Positions 29,190 through 42,129 of a stretch of DNA of 64,000 nucleotides are shown here, piece after piece. A program made the position numbers and the translations under genes. The notes under the pieces were generated by a model. The model was not told where the DNA came from. It saw nothing but the letters and a program-made list of their open reading frames with translations, and did no database searches. Source of the stretch: Octopus vulgaris (lineage: Eukaryota); NCBI GenBank assembly GCA_951406725.2, contig OX597820.1:120714001-120778000 (forward strand), given 5' to 3'. Position 1 is the first letter of the stretch; every line of letters begins with the position of its first letter.

Positions 29190-29350
29190 AATATTTACTA
29201 GCCCTGTGTTCCCATTCCGCCTAGTTTTAGTTTGTCTTTCATCATTTCAGTGTCGATGAAATAATTACTAGTAAAGCACTGGGATCGATGTAATCAACAT
29301 AAACCCTTCTCCAAAATTGCTGGCCTCGTTCAAATATTTGAAAACAATAT
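29190..29350 (+). mobile_element. SINE family B, 3' part
   Basis: ctttcatcatttcagtgtcgatgaaa..ggatcgatgtaatcaac..gctggcctcgttcaaatatttgaaa. Confidence 0.7.
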
Positions 29351-30039
29351 TTACTAACTTTCCCTCTTTGTTAAATGGAACACAGCATATTAGCTTCCGA
29401 ATGTATCTATCGTCACCTTAGTGATGAACATGTGTGGAAGATTGAAAAAACATCTGAAGTTTATTAAACGTAGCATTATGCCTGGTTGTGCATCCGTGCT
29501 CCCACATCTACACCAATCTGGTTTAGTCCACCTCCGTTCCATTGCAAATATTGGAATAAACATATTCATAATTAGAAATATTCTTTTAATTTTACTAATT
29601 AAGTATTTTCAGAAACAAAACAGATATTAATAAAATGTTGATTAATGAAATTTGAAAGATGGATGAAACCTACTTCATCTTAGTACCCGAAAAATGTAAA
29701 GTATTGTAAATTAGAGAGATCGTGCAAAAGATGGATTATTAAACACTCCAAAGATTAATGACTTGTGAACTTATGTAATTTCATATTCAAGTAATTAATA
29801 CTTTTTCAATATGATTCCAAAGTATGTAAGATTATTTGTTTTTCTATTTTTGCCAGGTACGTTTTCTTTGGACACCAAACACAGACTTGCAGCACAGGGT
29901 TTCTACAAACAACAGTGATTAATTTATACAAGGTGCACTACAGAAATTTAAAGACATTTTCGCGTGAGTTATTTTATAATATCAAGGAAAGAAAAGCACA
30001 AATCTTCTTCACAGCAGCATCCTCTAACTTCAATGAACT

Positions 30040-30600
30040 TGCAACATTCCGGCCAATTTGTGGAGACCCCATGAAAATCCAGAAACGTTGTCACAGATTC
30101 CTTCATCTTAAGAAAAAGAAATTGTATCTAATCTCATTCAGACTGAGAAATAGTTATATGTCGTAGGGAGCAAGCTCTAGACTTTAGGTGGGGGAGGGAG
30201 TGTCTGAGAATTATTTATTCCCATCTTTGTCAAGTAGTTGGTTACGAAAATGAAATTGTTGACTGGTGCACTGGTGTCTGGATGCAGGTGACATCGGCTA
30301 CGGTGGAACGGCTCCGGTCTTTATCAACGAAATCTCTTCTTGATCTTCATCAAACCTCACACAAAGTAATCTTTGTTGACCGTTTAGCCGGAGGGTGACC
30401 AGTGGATATAGATGATGCCTTGCTGTCGGGAAGAAGGACCATCATAAGCTTCCTGGTGCAAGAGACTGAATCAATACCTGATGATGGCTTTGCTGTCCGA
30501 ATCTTCCAAATCACTGTCAATAATATTACTTTTATTAATAAATTTGGATTCCACAACCGTATGGAGTCACCCTTCAGATTAATGTAAATTTGTTTCCTGT
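30040..30600 (-). mobile_element. mariner transposase catalytic-region relic
   Basis: Across frameshifts: KLMM..D.KGIIYIHW.PSG.TVNKDY..RPE..HLHPD..V.NYLTKMGI, resembling mariner KVM..FFD..G..TVN..Y..LHHDNAP. Confidence 0.7.
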
Positions 30601-30623
30601 ATAACTAGCCATAAAAACTATCA

Positions 30624-30677
<54 letters not shown>

Positions 30678-31084
30678 TATGAGCAAAAATGCTGGAGAAT
30701 AAGTATACTCCACATGATAAAATTATGAAGTGAAAATATGTGGAAAGATGTTATTCTAATTGCTATGATTATAATTTTTTTCTTACATCTTGGTATTGTC
30801 CTTTGAAACGCGCGTAAGTATTGAATGCTCTTTTGTATTAAATCTAATTTTGATTCAACATCTTTTTCTCCTCCATTTTTCTAAAATTGTCTATGATATT
30901 TTTATATATTTTTATACCTATAACGATATTTTCTACTACTATTTTTATATTCTTATTACTTGCTCTGGCTATTGTTTATGAATATCAAGAATCTTTATTA
31001 GAAATCATTCTTTCTCTCTTTTGGGGCCTCTTTTATTTTTAAAACTTATTACTTCCCGTGTATATATATAAATATGTTGGTTTA

Positions 31085-31290
31085 TAATTGTGGCAAAATG
31101 CAACCATTTTAGGGCATGGATTAAAACGATTACATTGACCCCAGCCTTCCACACCTACTTATCACACCGATCCGAAAGGATGATAGTCAAAATCCACCTC
31201 AGTGAAATTAGTACTAATAACGTGAAGACGGACGAAACAGTGCTAAGCATTTTGTCCGGCTTCTTAATGGTTCTGCCGGTCCGCCACCTT
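31085..31290 (-). mobile_element. SINE family B, diverged
   Basis: cgattacattgacccc..ccgaaaggatgatagtcaaa..gacgaaa..gctaagcattttgtccggc..ccgccacctt. Confidence 0.75.
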
Positions 31291-32974
31291 CAAGTTCTTG
31301 ATCTTCCCCCACCAGACATTTATCAATTTTATCCCACTGTTTGTGTTTCATAAAATGAAGACTGTGCAGCTGAGAATATGTTTTAATAAGTGTGTCCCAT
31401 GTAGTTAGCGTTCCCCCACTACATAACTGCTATGATCTTTGCCATCGCCCAACTGATACGTGTCCAATATTCCTGTATGGACATGGACTCCAGGTACTTC
31501 TTTTGTTCACACTTTCGTAAGTGTTTTGAAATCAAACCAACCGTTATGACGTTCCCCTGAAATCTGAAATATAGCCCGACTTATCATCAGAGTGTAATAT
31601 ACGATGTATCGTACATTATATACGAGGTATCGTACATTATATATGATGTATCGTATGTTATATAAGATATATATACATATGTATATTGATTAATACATAC
31701 ATAGATAGACAATCATATTTATTTAAACAGATGGATAGTGAGAGAGAGAGAGAAATAGAGCGACAAATAGACACACAGTCAGACAGGGGGACAGTTAGAG
31801 ATGTGCATATAGAAATGCAAACAGCCAGTTGTATTAGAGCTTATAGTTTACTGCATCAGATTTCTAAATTTACATATATGAATATTTATCCATGTATTTT
31901 TTTTCTTACTTTTCTTTTTGTGTCTGAGTGTATGTGTGTGTACATGTGTGAACAAATATGTATGTGTGTGTGTCTATGTTTATGCGTAAGTGTATATATA
32001 GCGTAAAACAAGCTGTCTCACTGAAAGAATGCTATTCTAAAAAAAAAAAAATTATATGCAATTTTATACATACACAACACCAAATTTTCCAGTACACAAG
32101 TATACTGAAGCTGGCTTTTTTAATGACTGTTGTCATGTTGAAGAGTAGCATTTGCATATGAGCACGCAAACAAAATTCACGCGAAGCAATATAAGCGTCC
32201 ATAAACCAGAAAGAACCCGGTATCAGCACACGAACACAAAATAACAAAACATGTTTACAGAGCTGTCTACTTCTTATCATAAAATAGCCATTCCTTTGAC
32301 AAACCGTCCTTCATTTAATTTCTTTCTGTCTCTTCTCTCTCTCTCTCTTTCCCCCTCTCCTTCTCTCCCTCTCGTAGTTTGATTAAACATTTTATCAAGG
32401 TTGTCATCAACGTTTCGCATAGTTCAGACGAATTTTGTCATCTACGAAGCCCAGTCGTTTCCCTTCCTTTTGCTCTGCCTGGTGTATATCACTTTTCCCG
32501 CTCTCTTTATATTTGTGTGAATGTGTGTATGCGTGTGTGTGTGTATGTGTGTGTATGTGTGTGTGTGTGTATGTGTGTGTGTGTGTACTATATTTCATTA
32601 CATTGCGAAGTAATAACATGCCTGATGACCCTCTGGACAAACAGACAGATTTCCAGAGTAAGAAGAGACTATTTCGGCATAAATAAAAAATATTTATATC
32701 TTCCAAGGTATTCAGTACTCTATTCTTCTGAGAGTAAACGCAAAATGTATTTGTTTGATGTGTGTGTGTGTTCATGTGTGTGAGAGAGAGAGACAGATAG
32801 AGGAGGAGGAGGAGGAAGATGGATAAATAGAGAGACTTAGATATACAATACGTTTGTGTTATCTGATTAAATATGACAAAGCAGATCCGATAGCCTTCAA
32901 AGCTCTGCGCATGCGCGATGTTGTATCATGTCGCTGTTTTTCAAGCAATTTAAAAGTAATATTATATTTGTTAT

Positions 32975-33230
32975 TTTTCCCTATTTTAATTGTTTCAGTC
33001 ATGGCAATGTGGTCACGCTGGAGCACTGCATTGAGGGGTTTCGTTGGAAATAATTACCACAGTGCTTTTTCTGGAATGATGATCGCTTTTGCGGAAATGC
33101 TACTTTACGGGGACAGAAGTAGGACAACACCGTTTGTCAAGCGGTGGTAAGTGACAAATACAAACACAAGGACACACACTTATACACAAACACACTCGTA
33201 CATACACACACACATATACACGAATATATA
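32975..33230 (-). mobile_element. SINE family A 3' half, diverged, running into expanded (TG)n
   Basis: ttgtttcagtc..gtggtcacgctggagcac..tacggggac..ccgtttgtcaagcggtgg. Confidence 0.7.
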
Positions 33231-33259
33231 TGTGTGTGTGTGTGTGTTTTTGTATATGT

Positions 33260-33316
<57 letters not shown>

Positions 33317-34855
33317 TGTGTGTATGTTTGTGTATGTGTGTGCTTGTTTGTGTGTGTGTGTGTGTGTGTGTTTGTGTGTAGTAATAATAGGAATTTGAAG
33401 ATTCAAACATATCTTATATTAAGCTCACCTGTCAAGTGCATGGCTAACAAGAATGCTTGTGGCTGAGTTTAGGATTAACCTTAGCATCGTTCTGGAAATC
33501 ACGGCGATACGATGGTGGAGAAGAATTATATAAACAGAACATATATGACAAGTATGGCGAGAGAGTAGATCTGTATTCCCTTCGTTTACAGCTGTCTGAC
33601 AGTGTTTTTAGAGTTTACTGATCCTAGTTACCTGGATAATCGTACATGACGATACGTGTACTTTTGAAATTATGCCAGTGTGATATTTCCATAACAAGTT
33701 CTTTGCGGATAGCAATTCCATTTGTTGTTTTTTTTTTTTCAGTAAGGATAACTGCTAATATCTATCATTAATTTTATTATTATTTCTGTGAGAGTTATGA
33801 ATATAATTTCCATGTTGTGTATTAGTCATTAATGCTGTTGTTGTCATGATCTAACAATGATATATCGGTACAACATACTTTAAATGCTGGCCAAAACAGA
33901 TTTGATGGATTGATAGATTGTTTTTTATATTGTAAGTTTAGGGAAGCTGAGTTGAATATTGTTGGTATGGAAACCGTTTAGGAAGTCTTATACGAATTAG
34001 ATGTTTGTGTCTTTGTTTGTGTATGTCTGTGTGAGATATATAGAGAGAAGGGGAGTGAGAGAGAGGGAGAGAAAGAGAGGATGTTAACATCAAAAGGACG
34101 AATATATTAACGTGGGCGTATATATTGAGTACAAGAAGAGAGAATAGCAAATGATGAAAGAATAATATAATCTGCTTTAAAAAATTTTGCAAGAGAATGA
34201 AAAGAAAATCAAAGAATAAAACAGAGAAAAGCTAGCAGAGAATTGGAAAGAAATTTAAGAGATTTATGAAGATAAAACGAATAAAAATAAAATAATAAAG
34301 ATCACAAAATGGTGAACTAAAACACAAATAAAAATGGATATTATATCCACAAAAACAACTAATCTTATCGAATTTTACAATGAAACAGAGACACAAATGT
34401 GAAAATGGAAAAGATGTAACGGTAAGAAGAAATCACGAGATGTCATCAATACAACTAATAAAGCGATTTGTTATAACAAAAGGTCATTTTTTTTTTAGAC
34501 ATTCAAAATGGAGCGGAGAATGCAAGCTAGGAACTATAACATATTTTTGTGAATTCTCAAACGCCATCCTTAGCTATGTAGATATTACAGTTGTCTATGT
34601 AGATATTACAGTTGTTGGCATAAACTAATGCAAAAGAACGGACAGACATAGTTTTCAAGGTTATACATTCTCTGACTGCAAAACTGCGGTATTCCTTCAT
34701 TGCAAACAACGTAAAAATAGGAACCATGCAATCCTTTCACGCGCGCGCGCACATAAACATGCATGCACACATATGCACGCAAAAGCATGCATGCACGCAT
34801 TATATATAAAGAAATTTCATATGAAGTACATATCCGTGTTCTGGTTTTTTACTCT

Positions 34856-35272
34856 GGATCTTTTCGGTTTGAACGGCATTTTTTTTCTAGCGGTGTTGTA
34901 TGAAATTGTCACCCATAATTATGACCCTAGTATACATCTATTGCATCTCAATTTGTTTTAGGGCTAGGGTTCGGGGTGGGGGGAAGGGTATCTTTTGTTT
35001 TCACAAATGTAAATAAGCCCAATCTGTTTTTTTAAACGAGGGACATAATCATACGGCACAGAATGCTTTTTAACTCAATAGACGTCATTGATTTGTTGAA
35101 ATTGCAGAAATTGAAGAAAAAAAAACAACAAATATCTTACAAACTATAGAATTTTCTCAATAAAGCCAAGAGAAACAGATGTTTTATAAACACATTCTAC
35201 CAGTAGGCGAAGTTTAAACATTTTGGTTACCTAGAAATTATGTTAAAAACTGCCGTTCAAACCGAAAAGTCC
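34856..35272 (+). mobile_element. TIR element (MITE-like) of the TTAGGG family
   Basis: TIRs ggatcttttcggtttgaacggca / tgccgttcaaaccgaaaagtcc; degenerate 8-bp TSD tttactct/tttgcttt. Confidence 0.88.
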
Positions 35273-35399
35273 TTTGCTTTTTTTTTACATGAAGTATTTT
35301 TTGATATTTTCATTTGATTCATTGATTATTCTTTGAAGTAATAAAATTATTAACCAAACACTAACTTTTCTGATACACAAGAGTCCCATTTTGACAAAG

Positions 35400-36420
35400 A
35401 TTTACTAACGATGATATTCGTTGTCTCTTACTAACAGACATTATTTGTATCTTTTCATTTGGGACAAGTGAAGATGTATGTTATATGTTTTTCAGTTGCG
35501 TGATTCCCACCGGTTAATGTTTATCTTTATAGATGTGCTGAGCAATGTTTCAATCGCCACTCTCATTTAGCTTTCTTCCAATCAACTCCTCTGGCCGTAA
35601 ACACATCGAGACTTCAATGCTAAGGATTTGTAATGCTAAAAGATTTGGATTTTCAATCGCGTTCATAAATGTCATGCTTCCACCGCTATTAATTAGAAGT
35701 TGGTTTGTAGTCATTTTCAAATTTATTATTTATGATAAGTGATCGAAATCGGTCATGTAGTTTGTATTGGTTAAAAAGAGTTTCCGATAAATATTTTGTA
35801 AAGTGGTATGTGTTGATGTAATATTAATGGGGTTTGTGTCTGAAATAGTTTTTGCTTTGTCTGTGTTTCTGGGTCATCGATTAATCTATTACGATACTCA
35901 ATACTGATTCTCATTTATTCTGCGAGTTTCTTTATCTAGTTTTTATTTATTTATTGAGTTATTTAGTTTTGCTGTGATAATTTAAAAGTTCTGCTAAGTA
36001 GAAATGTTAATAGTGACATTTTTCATATCTGTATGTGCAATCACAGGATCCGTTTATTTTTGTGTTTCGCGTATACGAAACCGACAAATCTTTTGACTTC
36101 GGTTGTGTGGAAAAAATCATCTTTTTCCTTTAGTTTTATTTGTATTGATCTTTATGTTAAATTTTAATCTACATTTGTGAAGTATGATTTTCCTAAATTC
36201 ACCAGCTCCTCTGATATTTCCATTACAGAAAAAAGTATAGATTACATATCCGATGTTTAACATGTGTTTATGAATTGGTATCGATTTGTTCATAGAATGT
36301 GTCGATCATGATATTCAAGGAAAAACCCATGGCAAGTACAATTTCTCTCTTTGAATGTGTACATAGCAATTTACCATTTGTCACTTGCTTCGAACTCTTA
36401 TAAGTATGGTGTTTACCCAA
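35400..36420 (-). mobile_element. Decayed Penelope-like reverse transcriptase remnant
   Basis: Minus-strand fragments resemble Q..G.AMG (cttgccatgggt near 36325-36337) followed by NG..EEL.EF; no intact frame. Confidence 0.4.
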
Positions 36421-36917
36421 TCAACGACATGCCTTTATGACGCAAAAAAAAAACGTTTGAAGACATTACACTGCTTAAATCTGGTCGCGATGGAGAGTTC
36501 GTATAGACGATTGATCGATGTCACCGTCCGGAAAATGGTTTAAAGTTAAATTATTAATATCCGGTTGTCAGTTATTACACCAAGAGTAGCTATAATTGCC
36601 GGAAAAATTAATAACAGCAGCTCAAAAGAAGGAATTCCCTTCAATACTATCTCGCTGCCTCACCTAGAATTGTTTTCTACAGTTGGTTACATTTGAAAAG
36701 TCAAAAATACAAGAACTTTTGTTCTGTTAGCCCTAGAATATCATGGATGAAATTTAATTCAATTTTGCAATAGAAAAGTGTAGGATATTTGCTCAACTGG
36801 CAGCGATACCAATGTTTCGAATGCAGTGGAGTGTGATTTAAATATTAAACTATTTGTACATATTATTGTAGTTGGAAGACTAGAAATTAATTGTACTTTG
36901 AAGGTCCAAGTTTTAAG

Positions 36918-37237
36918 GTGATACTGTGATAGCCTGGACTTCAGAGGCCCACAGCTCTTCAATATCCTCCCGAAGAACCTGAAGGACCTGCATGGGTGGA
37001 TGCGGATGCCCTTAAAGTAGGACTGGATCTCTTCCTGTCAGGTGTCCCGGATGAACCAACTTCACGGCAGGAGGTGCAGATGAGGGCAGCTGCATCGAAC
37101 TCTCTCATGCACCAAATGGCAGTTGCTAAAAAGCATTCGTGATGTAAAATCATGTAGCAACACCAAATGGCGGTGCCCCCAGCATGGCCACAGCTCGTGA
37201 GCTGAAACTAGATAAAATAAAATGAAATAAAATAAAA

Positions 37238-37240
<3 letters not shown>
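36918..37240 (+). mobile_element. 3' fragment of the CR1/L2-group LINE family seen at 5335-7580
   Basis: RGPQLFNILPKNLKDLHG..LD.FL..VPDEPT; tail ggcggtgcccccagcatggccacagctcgtgagctgaaactaga(taaaa)n. Confidence 0.85.
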
Positions 37241-37281
<41 letters not shown>

Positions 37282-38251
37282 TATATACATACAATTTTAC
37301 AATTAGTACAAAACAACAATGTATAATGATAAACAAGAAACATTGACAGAAATATACTATAATTGTGACGGCAAAGAAAAACAAGAGAAAATATGAGAAT
37401 GAAATTAAAAACAACAAACACTGAACAACAAACAACTAAAAAAAACTCATGAATAATAAATTGAAGCTAAAAGAGAAAACAGATTTTCTTGAAGTAAATC
37501 AGTAAGTGTGAATGAAATATAACAATATTATGTCTGATATGATGGAAAGCAGATATTGTAAAGAAATACATTATTGATAAGAACAATTATAATAGCTGGA
37601 TAAAACAGAGGGAGTAAAACGACAGCAATGATAGCAACAATAATACAATTATTATGATAGGTTGTTTTTAATGGGTATAATCATTGAAATAACGATGATG
37701 ATCATGATATAAATATGATTATATATGACAATAATTTATGTTATTTATGAAGAAAAAAAAATTATATCTTAAGGTAATTTTCTTAAAAACAAACAAATAT
37801 ATATCAATAGGAAAAGCAAGCAGAACAACAATAGAGCAATAGACAGTTTGTTTTCAAGAGGTTTTTGAAGAGACGCATTGAATACACTTCACCGGCAGAG
37901 AGAGAATTAGAAGCGAAATCAGGTAAAGAGAAGATCTATAAAATAATTAAAGTTTGTACAGAATTTCTATAATACGTGAATTATAGTTACCTTCATGCAT
38001 TTCATATTATTTGTGCATTGTGGTATTATTTTAATATTTATTTTAGTGTGTTTGAAGTTTGTGATTAAACTTTTTTTTTTAATGTTAAATGAATTGCTGT
38101 TACCTATAGAATGCGTTCTTTTACAGGTGTATGCATTCCTTGTGCAACAACCAACAGGTAACGTCTACCAAATCGGCTGCGATCTGCCACTGTCAAACCA
38201 GTTACTGATGTTTTAAATATCAGCAACTGGTTTGTTGTATATATAAGCAGT

Positions 38252-38676
38252 GGGATCTTTTCGGTTTGAACGGCAGTTTTAACATAATTTCTAGGTAACT
38301 AAAGAATTTTAAACTTCGTATACTGGTAGAATGTGTTTATAAAACATCTTTTTCTCTTGGTTTTATTGAGAAAATTCTATAGTTTGTAAGATATTTGTTG
38401 TTTTTTTCTTCAATTTCTACAATTTCGACCAATCACTGACGTCCATTGAGGTAAAAAAACATTCTGTGCCTTATGAATATGTCCCCCGTTTAAGAAACAG
38501 ATTGGGTTTATTTACATTTGTGAAGAAACAAAGATACCCTTTCCCCACCACCACTCCTAACTAACCCTAACCCTAATATAGATTGAAATGCAATAGATCG
38601 ATACAAGGGTAATAATTATGGGTGACAATTTCATATGACACCGCTAGAAATAACTGCCGTTCAAACCGAAAAGATC
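38252..38676 (-). mobile_element. TIR element (MITE-like) of the TTAGGG family
   Basis: Same TIRs; TSD taagcagt(g) at 38244 and 38677. Confidence 0.92.
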
Positions 38677-39224
38677 TAAGCAGTGTACTATAACCTTACT
38701 AATGTATATCTACAACTACAACAATCTATCGTATTCCGCATCATCGTTGAGAAAGTTAATATTAATCGGTTCGTTTAGACAGGGAATCCTTGATTTTCAG
38801 CGTCATTCCCAGAAGAAATTTCAGAAATTCGTAGTTTTGGTATAAACGATTGAATAATGTCCCTTGTATTAAACTTCAGCTGATGTGTTAGATGGGACAG
38901 ACACCATATATAGAAGTGGAGGTATGAGATTCAATCAAATGTTAATTTAATAGTATCGAATGTAACAGTAACGACAACAATAATTTCAACGCTAGTTGAA
39001 ATTCATGGACGCCTAGAGTCTCCCCAAGAACTTTGTCGTTTCCTTTCAACACTAACCCTCAATACATAGCCATAGTAGAGCTTCTGCTAACATCATTGTC
39101 AGACTGCCTGAGGTGCATGAGCGCTTGGCGACACTCAAGGTGCCAGACGCCCAGTCACGGTTTGCGCTTGACTCAAGATTGCAGCTCACTGAAAGAGACG
39201 AGCTGCGGAGAAGCATAATATGTC

Positions 39225-40020
39225 ATCGTCAGATACGAATCTCCAGTTATATCATACCTATGGGCGACTGGCATCAAACAATTAACACCAATTCTGGAAT
39301 TTTCCAAGGTTTTTCACTTTTACCTCTAATTTCTTGCGTACCTCCAGTATCCCTTACAGGTGGACTTAAGAAGTCGATGTACGGGTATAAATTGAGAACA
39401 AAAAAATAAGGATGGCTTAAAACGCTATCGGAAAGACAATAATGAGCTTGACGGCGGCCTAATACGTACTGTGAAAGCATTCAGTGATTACATCGGGGCG
39501 GAGTCTGGTCTTCATAAATGTGCCAAGGGAAATTTCCATGAAAGCCAATGGTGTTGATACAATTACAAATGAATGTGAGCAAAAACAACCTTACAAATAC
39601 CTTGGAATAAATGAAAGCTCTGGCATTAATTATGCAACGATGAAAGGGAAGATTATGAAGGAATGTTATAGGAGATTTCGTGCAGTCCTAAACTCTGAGT
39701 TAAATACACGTAACAAAGTGTTAGTCATCCATTATTTTAGAAGTTAGTGTTGGTACGTATAGATTCAATGTGCTGAACTGGAATGTGAGAGACATAAAGA
39801 AAATCGATAGAAATATACATAAGCTACTGACTTATAATAAGATGTCCCCATCCCACCCAAGTCAGACGTGAATGGATTTCTCCTTCCCAGTGCTCAAGGA
39901 CTTCGAGGCTTGGTTCAATTTGAACTCTCTCATAAAACACCACATCTGAACTGGCTAAATATTCTGAAACATCTACGGATTGGATGCTAACACACGAAGA
40001 AACTACGAGAGGCGAAAGAA
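39225..40020 (+). mobile_element. R4/Dong-clade RT fragment, decayed, followed by (AAC)/(AAT)n
   Basis: NSGIFQGFSLLPLI, YKYLGINESSGI..KECYRRFRAVLNSELN; same subfamily as 16420-18392. Confidence 0.85.
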
Positions 40021-40051
40021 TCATGATAATGGTAACAGCAACAACAACAAC

Positions 40052-40117
<66 letters not shown>

Positions 40118-40171
40118 CTATCTACCAATATATATATATATGTATGTATATATATATATATATATATATAT

Positions 40172-40363
40172 TAATTAACACACTCACCGGTTCGATTTCC
40201 ACTCCTTTACATATTCATTTAGATATTTATTTCCATTTTCTCAAATTTCCTTATCCAGGGGTTGCAAGAAGCAAGGACAATTTTAGAAAAAATAAAGTAA
40301 ATGAGTGGAACCGGTGAGTGTGTTTAGCAATAAGGCATTAACACAGAATGACCCTCTCCAGAC

Positions 40364-40370
<7 letters not shown>
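40172..40370. mobile_element. Fold-back repeat family (as 9661)
   Basis: aacacactcaccgg / ccggtgagtgtgtt inverted arms; gaatgaccctctccagacacaac end. Confidence 0.65.
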
Positions 40371-40405
<35 letters not shown>

Positions 40406-41063
40406 AACATTTAAAGTGGTTTTAGAGTCAGGTTTTGACTGCTATTGTCACAAAGTACATCATACCTGATATTACGGACAAGGCCATATTTGAAGATGTT
40501 GACAAAAATATAAAGTTATTCATTTTTCGAAATCGGAATGTTAAAAAAATACACAGTAGTCATTGCTGGATATTGAACTTGGAAAAGCACACGTATGTAA
40601 TAAAAGGAAAGCGAGATATTTTTATCGGCAACAACAGGGCATCCGACAAAAGTTCTCAAATATATTTAAAATACATCAAACAAAACATCCGCTATACATG
40701 GTGCTTGATTCTGTTTTCAATAGAATTCGAGGAATAAATAACTAACTAATCCGTGGATTGCGTTCTTTATTCTTGTGGGAAATAATTCTCGTGTCTATTT
40801 TTTAAAAGTTCATCGTTAACTTGATCAAAATCCCTCTCCCCCACTCCCAAAGAAATACAGCAACAGCTCTCACCTGATAATCTAACGTATGTATCCTTTA
40901 TCCTCTGGAAAGAGTTAAAAACCAGTGTCACATATTGATTGCGTTGTTTCCTTTTGGTTTTCGACCGAGTCTGTTATTTTTTAACAAGGCAACAATTTCA
41001 ATATATCCCCAATACATACGCACACACACACACACACACTCAGACATTATGTTTGTGTATATA

Positions 41064-41132
<69 letters not shown>

Positions 41133-41137
41133 GTGTG

Positions 41138-41182
<45 letters not shown>

Positions 41183-41850
41183 ATATGCATGTATGTATAA
41201 CAGTCACGTTCTCATTTCCAATGTATTTCCACTCTAGTAAACCGTGGTTGTGCGATAAGAAAATCGATTTGATGAGATCGGTAACTTATACCAAATTTAT
41301 ATTTCTAACATCGCAATAATGATTTTCGTCGCGTCGGAAGAAAGTTGATAATATATACATAACTGCACCGTAATATTGATTCAACCAACTAACTACACAA
41401 CAAACTGTGCTTACAATATGTCTTGAGGGTATCTTGTGACGCTCATTATGAATATTAACGATAGGTTCGAGGCAAAGTTGCTAAAGGGAGTGTTCTGCAT
41501 GCTAAATATTGATACGGTCGTGTCTGAGATATGAAATATTGGGTGATGAAAAAATATTCGATTAATTGAAATTATCAGTGCAATTAGGAGAAAAAAAATT
41601 CCCTCTAGAAGTGTTAATAACCTCCGTATGCAAACAAGAGTGTTATAAAAGTGTTAATTAATTGGAATTTCCGCAAGCTAGAGACACAAGGCCAACGAGA
41701 ATGAATGTGTCATTGAATTCCTAGTGGCGAAAGCTAGGTTTTCTCATGGAGCTCCACAGAGAAGCATATTCTATCCATTTCTCAATAATAAGAATGAACA
41801 CTCTATCTATCTATCTATCTATCTATCTACCTATCTATCTATCTATCAAA

Positions 41851-41900
<50 letters not shown>

Positions 41901-41909
41901 CTCTATCTC

Positions 41910-41955
<46 letters not shown>

Positions 41956-42129
41956 CATCTATCGCCCCCCAACGTGCGTGTGTATATATATTTATACGCA
42001 AATATATATATATATAAATACATACATATATGTATAAAAATACATACATATGTATAAATAATATATAAATATATGCATTTTTTACATATATGTATGTACA
42101 TACCTACATATATATGTATATATACATGC

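Noticed and set aside
30795-30825. gaaacgcgcgta, like the 3' half of a minimal hammerhead
   Set aside because: No upstream CUGANGA or stem II.
32906-32917. NRF1-like GCGCATGCGC motif
   Set aside because: Isolated 10-mer with no promoter context.
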